Shown: positions 1 to 10,079, numbered from the stretch's first letter. The stretch is DNA of 64,000 bases from an uncultured delta proteobacterium (GCA_963845145.1 CAWJQU010000005.1:394256-458255), one strand, 5' to 3'. The notes: generated from the letters alone by a model not told the origin. Translations and numbers: made by a program.

Positions 1-73
1 TGATAGATATTCAGTTAGTTGGTTGATCTATTTTTTGTAAAATAGTCTTTCTATGACAAATATGTTACTTCCC

Positions 74-112
74 AAAATGGTGAGGGACGATTGGCTTATC
101 CTTCACCATTTT
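74..112. terminator. Terminator-like hairpin (imperfect 14-bp stem) preceded by an A-run and followed by a T-rich run
   Basis: Arms aaaatggtgaggga (74..87) and tccttcaccatttt (99..112) read directly, with one mismatch. Followed by tttctattct. Confidence 0.3.
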
Positions 113-331
113 TCTATTCTGTGAAGACTCCCAGCTGAGTTTTTGTCTTATCCGTATCTCGGTACCGACATGATGGATGAGCCCCTCCTCTTTCTCGGCC
201 GCTTTGGGATAGTGAATACGCGGGCCATTAGAAACATCGTTGATGGCAACGGGCTTTCTTTTTGTGAGTCGACGATTGATTCCAAGGCGCTCACCGACCC
301 CTTGTCGAAGTCAAGCCGCAAACGTCTAAAA

Positions 332-443
332 AAAATCAATGCCTTTAAAGCTGCATTGGATATTAACACCTGGGTCGAAGAGAATTCGGTATCGGTTTTA
401 AATGTCGCAGGATCATGGGCAAGCGAAGATCCAAAGATATATG
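332..443 (+). repeat. 112-bp near-identical duplicate of an internal segment of the SLOG/YpsA-like gene (partner copy 4935..5046)
   Basis: By-eye alignment gives about 6 mismatches in 112 nt. Both copies encode KINAFKAALDIN.W.EENSVSVLNVAGS.ASEDPKIY. A further 21-nt exact match (308..328 = 4411..4431) lies just upstream. Confidence 0.9.
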
Positions 444-650
444 CATGGGCGCTTATAACTAATCATACGCATATTTTACTGCGTAGCAGTGCCGTCAGGC
501 TGCCTACGTTCATGCGCCGGTTTCTTTAGGGCTGCGCCATATCGTACAACCGCACCCAACGCCAACGGCGGGGAAGTCTCTTTTTCCCGATAAAATGGAT
601 CGCCGCACAACAAATCGATGCTCGCCCTCTGCATGATTGGCGTCGCCGTT
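444..650 (+). pseudogene. Fragment of a REP-associated tyrosine transposase (IS200/IS605 Y1-type, RAYT-like) with an in-frame stop at 527..529
   Basis: AWALITNHTHILLRSS...LPTFMRRFL matches the HxH-hydrophobic core and following helix of Y1 transposases. After the stop the frame continues as GCAISYNRTQRQRRGSLF (the usual YA.yfNrrh.R.GhLFQ region) and then degenerates. Confidence 0.5.
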
Positions 651-1718
651 TCATTGAATATCACCGAATCCATCCACGCATGCAATCCATTGGCCGCCAT
701 CAATCCTGTGTGGGTCGATATGATGCATTCCGAGCCTGTTCCATCCATCCCCGCTGGCCCTGATGACTGGCGTTTCCCGGTGAAGAACTTCCATATAGTC
801 GTCTTGCGTCAGCTTTGTAATTTTAAAAGCCCATACTTGGTAGCCATAAACAGGATAGCAATCCTGGGTGAATCTAAAAATTTCGTTTTCAAACGAAACG
901 ATCCTTCCACCCGGTCTGGCGATATTCGGATCACCCTCAACCACGGGACTTTTTGGATGCTCCTTCCAGGGACCTATCAGATTGTCCGCGAAATAGAGCC
1001 GTAGCGTTCCGTTGTCGTGCGGCCTTGAACTGGTCTCCGAAAAAAGCCACCATTTACCATTATACTGGACGATTGAATTATCCGAAAACCGCTCCCCCAT
1101 TAATAAAGTACCAGTGAATTCCCATTTTTCCGGAAAATTCGACGCCTTATAAAGCCGAACCGATGAAACCGCATTGCTTTCGGGAATCATGTAATAATGA
1201 CCGCCATGCTCAAAAACATACGGGTAAGATAGATGAAACGGCTCGTTTAGAACGATTTTCCCATATGTCCAGTGAAGACCGTCCTCACTTTTCGCATATC
1301 CGATGTCGCCTTGATGGTTTGTCGCGTTCTCAACTTCAAAAAACATGTACCATATATCATCGCGTTGGATCATGAACGGATCTGCAACAAGCGTTGCACG
1401 TGTGTCCGTCACGTCTTCCGGACGAAGAACGGGGTTGGCGGCACCAAAAGAATATTCGAAAGGAGAATTACCCTTGTAAACACCGATAGTGAATGTCGCG
1501 GGATATTCGATGGATTGAATTTTCCAGCCCGCCTTGAACGCGTTTTTTCCGTTCGGATACGAATTGAGATACGCGCGGTAAGCTTCCGCTGTTTTTCTTT
1601 TTTCCGCGTACCAGAAGCTCAAGTTATCTTGAGAAATATATACGCAAGCAGCAAGGCAGGCAATTGTAATTGCGAAACATCCTGATATACGGAGGACAAG
1701 TTTTCGGCTTACCGCCAT
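651..1718 (-). CDS. N-terminally membrane-anchored beta-propeller protein (GH43/GH32-superfamily-like fold); function unknown
   Basis: 355-aa ORF. Hydrophobic N-terminus ISGCFAITIACLAACVYI. Repeated W/Y-rich blade-like segments (DDIWYMFFEV, GHYYMIPES, NGKWWLFSE) typical of five-bladed propeller glycosidase-like proteins. Confidence 0.45.
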   Translation of the reverse strand: MAVSRKLVLRISGCFAITIACLAACVYISQDNLSFWYAEKRKTAEAYRAYLNSYPNGKNAFKAGWKIQSIEYPATFTIGVYKGNSPFEYSFGAANPVLRPEDVTDTRATLVADPFMIQRDDIWYMFFEVENATNHQGDIGYAKSEDGLHWTYGKIVLNEPFHLSYPYVFEHGGHYYMIPESNAVSSVRLYKASNFPEKWEFTGTLLMGERFSDNSIVQYNGKWWLFSETSSRPHDNGTLRLYFADNLIGPWKEHPKSPVVEGDPNIARPGGRIVSFENEIFRFTQDCYPVYGYQVWAFKITKLTQDDYMEVLHRETPVIRASGDGWNRLGMHHIDPHRIDGGQWIACVDGFGDIQ

Positions 1719-2178
1719 ATTAGCCGCCTTTCAATTCGGAACGCAGGTCCGGGGCAGAACGAACGTGAACGACCAAGAGAGAAAACGTCCTTGTCGGTGG
1801 GAATGCTGACCCTGTTGCTGGCACGCTCCCTGCGTCAGTGAAATTCATTTGCAGTCTTCGTTACAGACCATTCGTAAACTTCGGTGTCCACAAGTTCGCT
1901 GACGACTTAGGCCACGAAGGGCTCGTTCACGATTCTCCAGTCTGGCGCGAGCACGGCGGACTATTCTTTGCCCGGCCCCCAAGACGGATCGTTTGGCTTC
2001 ATTGCGCAAACCATGAGATATCCGGGGCCGTAAACAGCTTGATTCCGCTCTCGGCCAGAATCAGTGTCGATGATAGGAAAACGTTTTCTGTACGAAGGTT
2101 TATATCAATTGGCGATTTGTATGTCAATTGACCGCTCAATACCATATGCTGTATAGGTAGTTTTTTTGTTATTGTTCA

Positions 2179-2416
2179 ATGCAATGGTTCGGGACAGCGT
2201 ATGCGGTCGGTTTTCATATGAGTAACGGAACCGGACGGCATCTATTTCAAGGGCAATATAAAAGTATTTTAGTGGAAAATGAAACTTATCTAATGAGGCC
2301 ATCTTTATATATTCATCGGAATGACTTAAGGGCTGGAATGGTCGAGCGGCTTATGGATTACAATACCGTCAGACCAACCAGTAGCCTTGATTTTAAACCA
2401 CCGGCACCTGAGACTG
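2179..2416 (+). pseudogene. Composite transposase debris: a second RAYT-like fragment fused to the C-terminal tail of an IS3/IS481-type integrase
   Basis: GRHLFQGQYKSILVENETYLMRPSLYIHRNDLRAGMV matches the RAYT core motif. It is followed directly by YNTVRPTSSLDFKPPAPE, the canonical end of the rve integrase domain. No intact catalytic domain is present. Confidence 0.5.
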
Positions 2417-2572
2417 TTTATCCTTTGATCTTTAATCCTTTTCTGTTTACATCTGGTGGAAAAAATACTCCGGGTTCTAACTTAACAAATGGGACTAAAA
2501 TTGGGGGCAGTTCAGTGAGCTACGCTGCGCCATTGCAAGTCAAGCAATAACTAATAAAAATGGAATTTGACC

Positions 2573-2848
2573 ATGTTCTCAAACCTGAAATGCCCGAAAT
2601 GCCATAATCAGCGGGAGCCAGACGCTATTGAATGTCCATTCTGCGGAATTTTCTACAAAAAATTCAAGGTTAAAGACTCCAATCTGCAAGAAAAAGTAAT
2701 TAAAAACGTACAAAAGAAAAAAAAGTTACAAAAATTTGTAAGGCACACTATACTAGGAATATTTTTGTTTCTCATATTCGCAATTTCAGTACCCCTGCTA
2801 TTATTCCGGCAATTAAATAGGAGAACTAAGTCGCATAAGCAAATATAG
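2573..2848 (+). CDS. Small zinc-ribbon protein with a C-terminal transmembrane helix
   Basis: CPKC...CPFC double CxxC, then a Lys-rich linker and the hydrophobic stretch ILGIFLFLIFAISVPLLLF. ATG at 2573 lies inside the listed ORF 2567..2848. Confidence 0.4.
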   Translation: MFSNLKCPKCHNQREPDAIECPFCGIFYKKFKVKDSNLQEKVIKNVQKKKKLQKFVRHTILGIFLFLIFAISVPLLLFRQLNRRTKSHKQI

Positions 2849-3288
2849 GCTGTTTAAAATTCTTTTAGCGCCATTCCAACCTCGTATTCCCACCATCCCA
2901 CGATTTAATAGAAATTGCATAAAACTTGCTGAACGGTCCTCAATATTTATTTTTCACCCCTTATCATTTACAGAATAATGCCGATAGTATGATCAGAAAC
3001 ATAAAATTTAAACGGGAATATATTTTATGAAAAACGCACAAACCTATGCTATAGGAGAGCCAACAGAGGCATCCCACCATCCTTTATTATGGATAAAGGA
3101 ATGCTCGAATTGCTTTTTGTTATTGAGAATGAAAAAGACATCAAAAAAGTCTTACAGAAAGCGCAGTTGACTCCTTTAGTTTTTAAAACAAAAGACAGCG
3201 CAACCGTCCCGCCTTTTATTCGCTTGGCTGGACAGAAATAAAACTGTCAAAAGCGAACACTTAAATTGACAAGGAGATAATCCATAAC

Positions 3289-3675
3289 ATGGCTCCAACT
3301 ATTGGGAAGAGAAATAAAGACAGATTTCAAGTGATGAATTGCAATGTCCGATTAGAATCAAAAGGGTTTTTGGGATTTTTCGGAAATCAGATGCATTGTG
3401 CCGCACTCATCAATTCAAGTGCTACCGGTATACAGATAGTCTCTTACGATATGCTGAAAAACAAAAAACAATACGATATTGTCATATACTCACCGGCATT
3501 TAGTAACCCGATTTCAACTAAAGGCCGGATTGTTTGGCAAAAACCTTATGCTGGAAACGATCGGAAGCAATACTACCGAATTGGTTTTGAGTTTACCTAT
3601 TTTAAAGGTCCCTCCATGGAGCAAATCCAAAAACTTGAAGATGATCCTAACTTACGGGAGTTAAAAAGGGATTAG
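3289..3675 (+). CDS. Stand-alone PilZ-domain protein (divergent fifth member)
   Basis: RNKDR (RxxxR) near the N-terminus and NSSATG (NxSxxG) about 30 residues later. Size is typical of single-domain PilZ. Confidence 0.55.
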   Translation: MAPTIGKRNKDRFQVMNCNVRLESKGFLGFFGNQMHCAALINSSATGIQIVSYDMLKNKKQYDIVIYSPAFSNPISTKGRIVWQKPYAGNDRKQYYRIGFEFTYFKGPSMEQIQKLEDDPNLRELKRD

Positions 3676-4607
3676 CTTGAAACCGCCTTTCATTCAGTCC
3701 CAAGTACAATTTAATTTTACCCACCACCAATTTTATTCATACCACCAGGGAGGGTCTACCATGAGGATCAAAACCATTTTTGTTATGCCCCTTGTATTAT
3801 TATCTATTTTGGTGTCGATTATTCCCTGATTATGAATATGCATTGTAATGGGAGCGGATTTGGCGGGATCGGCCGCGCTCTGTTGATCGCTGCACATGAA
3901 GATGTCTCAGATTCCTGGGAAGATATCCTTGCAATGCATAATGACCAGGGCTGGGGCTTGATCTTAAAGCTATATGATATTTCTCCCAGTGAGCTTGCAC
4001 CTGGCCAAGTTATTTCCAGGCATGGAAATAAACCGGATAGGCCGAGAAATCCGGATAAACCTTAGTAGGATTTCATCATCTGCTGATATTTATTTTTCCT
4101 GGGAGGATATATGGGACGGACTGTTTGGGCCGACTGTTTCGATGTTCCCGGGCATGTATGTAAAGATGCCCGGTTGAAGGGAACACAATTAAAATATCCA
4201 AAGGGGACTCCCAAAGGACCGGCAGATTGGGAAGCAGGCATAAATTTTAGAAGCTTATCTGACCTGGCCAATAAACTTGAAAAGGCGTTCGTGCCAACAA
4301 GTTATTAAAAGCGCCACCCGAAGTGGCACCCAAACCGCCTCGTAAGAAAGTACCGATATGGATTTACAAAGAGCTTAGCGAGCTTCTACAAAAAATCAAA
4401 AAATTGAATCAAGTCAAGCCGCAAACGTCTATAATAAAGAAAGAACGCGCCAGGTTGATAGGTCAGTACATGAGCCGAAAAAGGGCTATTGAAGACAGAA
4501 ATCACATTGAAATCGTTGACAAAGTTAAAGGATGGCTTTAGAGAAAAAAGAGACTTTCGACCCGTGGAAAAGATACTATAGGTGATCGTATTTCAACCTT
4601 GAAATAA

Positions 4608-5453
4608 ATGGAGTTTGATACCATAGTGATTGAAAAAATAATAACCGGTGGCCAAACGGGAGCCGACCAAGCTGGGCTCGATGTCGCGATAAAACTGGAT
4701 ATCCCCCATGGCGGATGGGTTCCAAGAGGCCGCAAGACCGAAGACGGGATATTGCCAAAGAAATATACATTAAAAGAGATGGCCACCGGCAGCTACCCTG
4801 CCCGTACAGAAAAGAATGTGCTTGATTCTGATGGTACCCTTATTTTCACCCATGGGGTCCTCTCCGGTGGTTCTGCCTTAACGCAAAGAATGACCAATCA
4901 ACATGGCCGTCCATGCCTTCACATAGACATTAATAAAATCAACGCCTTTAAAGCTGCATTGGATATTAACGCCTGGATCGAAGAGAATTCGGTATCGGTT
5001 TTAAATGTCGCAGGGTCACGGGCAAGCGAAGACCCAAAGATATATGATGCTGTCATGGGCATTCTCGAAAGCGCCTACATCCTCGGCCTATCCAAAGGCC
5101 CTGAACCGGAAGCAGTTCGAACACTGTTCTCAAGTAAAGAAAGGGCCCAGGAGCGGTCATTCAAGCCCCGTACCGTCAAGGAAGCGGTCGAAAACCTTAT
5201 CATTAAATTATCTTTGAAGGATAAAGCATCTATTGCCAATATGGCTGAGCAAGAGCTTTCATCCCTTCATATTTCATTGGGGAATTATATACGAAACAAT
5301 TATGATCTTTTGGGTGGAAACAATGAGCTTTTATCATCATGTCGATTCTTGCTGAAAAAGGATGATGTTCATGAGGATGAGGCTTCGACCTTTATCATAA
5401 GGAAATTATGGGAGGCGCTCAGAAAGACCCATCGATTGAAGGTTGTTAAGTGA
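4608..5453 (+). CDS. SLOG-superfamily protein of the YpsA / putative molybdenum-carrier type, with an extra C-terminal domain
   Basis: IITGGQTGADQAGLDVA...IPHGGWVPRGR...DGTLIF...LNVAGSRASE is the signature layout of the YpsA/MoCo-carrier SLOG family. About 110 C-terminal residues are of unknown function. Confidence 0.65.
   Translation: MEFDTIVIEKIITGGQTGADQAGLDVAIKLDIPHGGWVPRGRKTEDGILPKKYTLKEMATGSYPARTEKNVLDSDGTLIFTHGVLSGGSALTQRMTNQHGRPCLHIDINKINAFKAALDINAWIEENSVSVLNVAGSRASEDPKIYDAVMGILESAYILGLSKGPEPEAVRTLFSSKERAQERSFKPRTVKEAVENLIIKLSLKDKASIANMAEQELSSLHISLGNYIRNNYDLLGGNNELLSSCRFLLKKDDVHEDEASTFIIRKLWEALRKTHRLKVVK
4935..5046 (+). repeat. Parental (in-gene) copy of the 112-bp repeat also present at 332..443
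   Basis: See 332..443. This copy sits in frame inside the intact SLOG gene. Confidence 0.9.
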
Positions 5454-5631
5454 ATATACACCAACCTATCAGATATCTGTCGTAATAGCTGAAGTTACAT
5501 AACCAATGCGGCTCAATCTTCGCTTCGGCCAGCCTAGCATAACACAGACTACAAGAAATACTGCTACAGTGAATCTGCAAAAAAAGACCCTATGGAATTA
5601 AAATGGGGGCAAATTGGCCCCCTGCTTCTAA

Positions 5632-7324
5632 CTAGTGTCCATCCAAAGCTATAACTATCTGAAACTCATAAAAAAAGCGCATTTTGCGGTAGCAATTCTT
5701 TTCGTTTTGTGGTATATTGAAAGTTACTAAACACTCAATAATACTACAAAAACAGAAAAGGAGCTGGTCGCAAAATGCGCGAAAAATGGCCCAAACAAAT
5801 GCCCCTGATGGCTCACATCCTCGATCATCCCCAAAGCAAGGAACTGGAAGTGATCAGTGGGATTATCGATGCAAAACCTACCATCTGTGAGTATATTCTG
5901 CAAGATCTAAACAGAGGCAAGTCCAAGACCCAGCGCGCCGGCGCCAAAGGTATGAGCGCCGAACAAGTGCTACGCTTTATCATCGTCAAAGTCCTTTTCG
6001 GTTTCACTTATGAAGAATTGGCCTTCCACATCGTCGACTCGCAAAGCCTGCGCTGGTTTTGCCGCATCGGCATGGCCGAAGAAGGGTTTAAAAAATCTGC
6101 CTTGAACCGCAATATCAAAGCCATCAGTGATCAGACCTGGGAGATGGTCAACCGCGATATTCTGGAATATGCCAAAAAAGAGGGCATCGAAAAGGGCCGT
6201 AAAGTGCGCACGGACTGTACCTGCGTTGAGTCCAACATTCACCAGCCATGGGATTCGACCCTGTTGGGCGACTGTGTACGGGTATTGACGCGGCTTATTG
6301 TGCGCAGCCGGGATGAGTTCGGGCTCAAGGTGCCGCAATTTAGCAACCATAACCGACGGGCCAAACGTCGGATGCTGGCGGTTATGAATGCCAAGGGTAA
6401 AAAGCCACGCAAGGCGGCCTATGTCGACTTGCTCAAAATTACCGGCAAGGTGCGCGGTTATGCCCACACGGCGGCACAGATGATCAAAAAGAGTGCGCTC
6501 GCACCCAGCGCGATTGCTCTTTTTGCCCAAATCAATCACTATGCCGAGCTTACCGAAAAGGTCATCGACCAGACCCATCGCAGGGTTGTTCTGGGCCAGA
6601 GCGTTGCTGCCGCTGACAAGGTGGTATCGATCTTCGAACCTCACACCGACGTTATTGTCAAGGATCGCCGGGATGTGATTTTCGGCCACAAGATCTGCCT
6701 GACCGGCGGAGCCTCCAATTTGATTCTGGATTGCCTGATTGTCGAAGGCAATCCAGCCGATGTAGATTTGGCCATCCCGATGTTAGACCGGCAAAAAGAA
6801 ATCTATGGCCGATACCCGCTCAAAGTCTGCTTTGACGGCGGCTTTGCATCTAAAGACAATCTGAAACAGGCCAAGGCGGCCTCGCGCAAGATAAAGGATG
6901 TCTGCTTTGCCAAAAAGCGCGGTCTGAAAGAAACAGATATGTGCCGCAGTGAATATGTGTATCATAGGCTTCGCCGGTTCAGGGCCGGGATTGAGTCGGG
7001 CATTTCCTGGCTCAAACGTTCCATGGGGCTGGCTCGATGTATGTGGAAAGGCTGGCACGGCTTTAAGTCATATGTCTGGTCATCGATTGTCGCGGCCAAT
7101 TTATTGACCATTGCAAGGACCAAGCTGGCGTCAACTTAAAAATTGCGGCCTTTATCCATTGTTGGTTCGCGCGCAGCAGCAGAGGTGCGCTCAAAATACG
7201 AAGAAAACGAAAAATATCTATGCTATCAAAATATTTGTAGCAGATTATCATAGAACAATTCTTTTGGAACCATCGCTGTAGTAAATGGACTGCTTAAAAC
7301 TACCGATTATTGGATGGACACTAA
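5632..7324 (+). mobile_element. Insertion sequence, IS5-family-like, about 1.69 kb, single DDE transposase gene
   Basis: Perfect 14-bp terminal inverted repeat tagtgtccatccaa at 5633..5646 and its reverse complement at 7310..7323. CTAA lies immediately outside both ends (5628..5631 and 7325..7328), consistent with a 4-bp target duplication. Confidence 0.7.
5775..7139 (+). CDS. DDE transposase (IS5/IS1182-like, InsH-type N-terminal domain)
   Basis: 454-aa intact ORF. SLRWFCRIG (InsH-N-like), VRTDCTCVESNIHQPWDSTLL (D..T..a.i..P.Ds.LL block), FDGGFAS and IESGISWLKR blocks typical of DDE_Tnp_1 transposases. Confidence 0.75.
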   Translation: MREKWPKQMPLMAHILDHPQSKELEVISGIIDAKPTICEYILQDLNRGKSKTQRAGAKGMSAEQVLRFIIVKVLFGFTYEELAFHIVDSQSLRWFCRIGMAEEGFKKSALNRNIKAISDQTWEMVNRDILEYAKKEGIEKGRKVRTDCTCVESNIHQPWDSTLLGDCVRVLTRLIVRSRDEFGLKVPQFSNHNRRAKRRMLAVMNAKGKKPRKAAYVDLLKITGKVRGYAHTAAQMIKKSALAPSAIALFAQINHYAELTEKVIDQTHRRVVLGQSVAAADKVVSIFEPHTDVIVKDRRDVIFGHKICLTGGASNLILDCLIVEGNPADVDLAIPMLDRQKEIYGRYPLKVCFDGGFASKDNLKQAKAASRKIKDVCFAKKRGLKETDMCRSEYVYHRLRRFRAGIESGISWLKRSMGLARCMWKGWHGFKSYVWSSIVAANLLTIARTKLAST

Positions 7325-7566
7325 CTAAAGCCATAGAAAAATTTGATATGTGGCCCTATGTGGCTGATCCAATAATATTTTGTCCTGTCGATTGGTGGGA
7401 TTGGAAACAATTCCTAAGTGAATCGCCTGATAATGATGTGCCAACCAACTCTCAAGCGGTTCACTTGTGGAATGAGATGTGGCGTCGGGATAAAGTTGAT
7501 AAGTCCAGCAACTTCTTTGAAAATTGCATTTACGAACAACTTAAGAAGCTTTATCTAAATAATTAG
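7325..7566 (+). pseudogene. C-terminal fragment of a GT32-type (DXD sugar-binding / alpha-1,4-glycosyltransferase-like) glycosyltransferase
   Basis: FCPVDWWDWKQF...AVHLWNEMW is the conserved C-terminal region of that family. No N-terminal catalytic part exists on either side of the IS. The listed ATG at 7285 lies inside the IS end. Confidence 0.45.
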
Positions 7567-7698
7567 AAAAATTGCATTAAATAGACATGCGTAAATTTAT
7601 TTGCTATACTAAATAAACCCTAACACGGTATTGGCCTTGCAAGGGGGGAAACGTATCCCATCGGGTAACTTTATTGTGCTTTTGAATGACATATATCT

Positions 7699-8043
7699 AT
7701 GAAAAACGGAATCGAAAGACGCCGACATATTCGAGCCCCTTTACATGTGCCCTTTACTTTAATAACTGCCCAAGGCCACATCAAAGAAAAGACTCGTGAC
7801 ATTAGTGTTAGCGGATTTTCCGCTATCTTGCCTTTTGAAGCATCTGAAATAGAAGATGAATTTCAAAGCATCCTCGGATCGACTGAGGAACGGTTGATGT
7901 TGGTGGATTGTAAAAAGATATGGTCGGATAGTATTACTGTTCATGATACCATCCTTATCGGAATTGGTGTTCAATTTACCAAAATATCATCCAAAGACCA
8001 CAAAATCATAGCTTCATTGGTTGAAGATTTCTATAGGGCTTAG
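7699..8043 (+). CDS. Stand-alone PilZ-domain protein, paralogue 1 of 4
   Basis: MKNGIERRRHIRAP (RxxxR) and DISVSGFS (DxSxxG). 114 aa. N- and C-termini are shared with 8176, 10270 and 12789. Confidence 0.8.
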   Translation: MKNGIERRRHIRAPLHVPFTLITAQGHIKEKTRDISVSGFSAILPFEASEIEDEFQSILGSTEERLMLVDCKKIWSDSITVHDTILIGIGVQFTKISSKDHKIIASLVEDFYRA

Positions 8044-8175
8044 TACACTTTAATGAAGAGGCTGTAATTGCACTCAAGAAAAAGAATATAGACAATAAAC
8101 CCTTTAGAAGGTGGTGGCCCAAGACCGAAAAATAAAAAGCGTAGGCCCTATCCATCTTATAGCTGTTGCCGAAAT

Positions 8176-8565
8176 ATGAAAAACGGAATTGAAAGACGTC
8201 GTTATATTCGGGCGCCATTAAAATTAGACCTGTTTATAGAGACCCCCAAAGGTAGAATCAATGGCATGACTGCTGATATTAGTATCCGTGGGCTTTCCAT
8301 TATGCTTTTCTTAAAAGCGCCTGAAATCGATCAAAAATTTGAAATAATGCTTAAATCGCCATATGGCCATGAAATGTCAATCACTTGTGAAAAGGCGTGG
8401 TCGGGTAAACATATTTCAAATAAAATTGTCTACGATGCAATTGGCGTACATTTTACACACATATCACTATCCGACCAAAAAATTTTAACAACAATGATTG
8501 AAGATCATTACCTGGTCTTAGCTTTTAAAGAGAGTATCACTTTGGATGATGATAATAAATTATAG
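8176..8565 (+). CDS. Stand-alone PilZ-domain protein, paralogue 2 of 4 (15-aa longer C-terminus)
   Basis: MKNGIERRRYIRAP and DISIRGLS motifs, then ...CEKAWSGK...IGVHFTHIS. Confidence 0.8.
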   Translation: MKNGIERRRYIRAPLKLDLFIETPKGRINGMTADISIRGLSIMLFLKAPEIDQKFEIMLKSPYGHEMSITCEKAWSGKHISNKIVYDAIGVHFTHISLSDQKILTTMIEDHYLVLAFKESITLDDDNKL

Positions 8566-8696
8566 CTTCAATGGTTATGTGATTTTATCTACCATTTCCC
8601 ATCTGGCAGGTTTCTCCAGTTTTTTGTTGAGATGATAAGTTAAAGCTAACACAATGCATCTTTTTAGCTCCTTTACGGGAACTTCATCCGGCGTTC

Positions 8697-10079
8697 TTAC
8701 TTTTTGGTTCGCAACTCCCCACGCGTGAAAGAGAAAAAGATGCCGATCACACACAGAATCGTAAAAAGTACGAATGAAACTTTTACGCTTTTCAAAAATA
8801 AATCATAGTTTAAAGCAGTGATCTGCTCCCGCCCGATAAAGACTGCAAAAATGACCATGGCGATGGCCATGCTGATCATCTGACCCAACAACCGCATGGT
8901 TGCAACCGTTCCTGAGGCGATGCCGAAAAATTTCTTATCCACCGACCCCATGATGGCATTCATGTTGGGTGAAGAAAACAGAGCAAAACCCAAGCCGAGC
9001 ATCACCAGTGTAAAAAGAATATAAATGGTTCCGGTGTCGGTTCCAAGCAGTGAAAATAGAAGTAACCCCATAGCCGTCAGTGTCATGCCGGCCGAAGAAA
9101 TCAAACGTGGTTCTATCCGATCCGACAAGCGTCCCGCCAGCGGCGATAAAAGGGCCATGACAATCGGTTGGGCAACCAGGACAGCGCCGGCGGTTCGCGG
9201 TTCGAGCCCTTTGATGTACTGCAAATAAAGGCTGAGCAGAAAAGTGACCGCGAAGGTGGCGGCATAGTTAATCATTGCAGCCAAGCTTGAAAATGCAAAC
9301 AACCTATTCTCGCTAAACAGGCGCACGTCGAATACCGGTTGTTGCGTGTTTAACTCGAACCGAATAAACACCGTCATTGTTGCAGCGCCGGCCAGAATAA
9401 AATAGACAGCCTGCAATTGCGGGAGCAAAGAAGCACCATACACTAATAAAAGAATTGATGCGGCATACAGCAGACTTCCGGTGATATCGAGCTTTTCACC
9501 CCTAGCGTCAGCCCATTCGTCTTTTAAATATTTTAAAGTGACCCAAATCGAGGCCACACCGAAAGGAACAACAACGCCGAAAATACTCCGCCAACCGATG
9601 TACTGGGTCAAAAAACCGCCGGCAAACGGTCCAACGGATAAGCCGATATATACAGCGGCCACATAGATCCCAATGGCACGCCCCCGCCTTTTAGGTGGAA
9701 ACACAGAGGTCAAAATAGCCATGCCGGTAGTAATAAACATGGCTGCACCTAATCCCTGAAAAACCCGCACCGCAATAAGCATCGCCAGGGATGTGGTAAA
9801 TGCCCCTGTCAATGAAGCCAGTGTGTATACCGCCAAACCCCATGTGAAGATTTTTTTCCGGCCGTATATGTCGCCAATTTTACCCATGGGGATCAAAAAG
9901 ACGGCGATCGCCAGCAGTAAGGCGGTGGCAACCCAGCTCAACGCCACGGCATCGGCTGAAAACTCCTTTTGAATCGCTGGAAGCGCCACATTCACCGATG
10001 AAATGATAAACGGTCCCATAAAAGAAGAGAGCGTCGCGACGAAAAGCGCCGATTTTTCTTGTGTTTCATATTCGGTCAC
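8697..10079 (-). CDS. MFS transporter, 14-TMS DHA2 (EmrB/QacA-like) type
   Basis: 460 aa, about 14 hydrophobic segments. GKIGDIYGRKK (MFS motif A region) and LFQGLGAA-type motif (VFQGLGAAMF). Confidence 0.8.
   Translation of the reverse strand: MTEYETQEKSALFVATLSSFMGPFIISSVNVALPAIQKEFSADAVALSWVATALLLAIAVFLIPMGKIGDIYGRKKIFTWGLAVYTLASLTGAFTTSLAMLIAVRVFQGLGAAMFITTGMAILTSVFPPKRRGRAIGIYVAAVYIGLSVGPFAGGFLTQYIGWRSIFGVVVPFGVASIWVTLKYLKDEWADARGEKLDITGSLLYAASILLLVYGASLLPQLQAVYFILAGAATMTVFIRFELNTQQPVFDVRLFSENRLFAFSSLAAMINYAATFAVTFLLSLYLQYIKGLEPRTAGAVLVAQPIVMALLSPLAGRLSDRIEPRLISSAGMTLTAMGLLLFSLLGTDTGTIYILFTLVMLGLGFALFSSPNMNAIMGSVDKKFFGIASGTVATMRLLGQMISMAIAMVIFAVFIGREQITALNYDLFLKSVKVSFVLFTILCVIGIFFSFTRGELRTKK

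Noticed and set aside
444-650. Functional link between the RAYT-like transposase fragments and the MITE-like element at 40389..40542
   Set aside because: RAYTs mobilise short REP palindromes, usually adjacent to them. The element at 40.4 kb has terminal inverted repeats and a 6-bp duplication, which is DDE-type behaviour, and both RAYT copies here are dead fragments. No evidence connects them.
1838-4541. Small ORFs 1838..2131, 2105..2302, 3832..4065, 3974..4177, 4111..4308, 4323..4541 (and 11814..12002, 12027..12239, 36444..36632)
   Set aside because: They have no recognisable motifs, no convincing ribosome-binding context, and they overlap each other. They cannot be supported as genes from sequence alone, although some may be real small proteins.
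5970-6689. Long antisense or alternative-frame ORFs inside well-supported genes: 5970..6689, 16443..16958, 19701..20318, 21799..22263, 23959..24486, 28081..28653, 42890..43675, 43042..43515, 48709..49425, 49890..50387, 51627..52157, 55788..56273, 59664..60206, 60667..61305, 62991..63554
   Set aside because: Each lies opposite to, or out of frame with, a gene that has clear family motifs. They have Arg/Gly/Pro-rich low-complexity translations typical of shadow ORFs in moderately GC-rich coding DNA.
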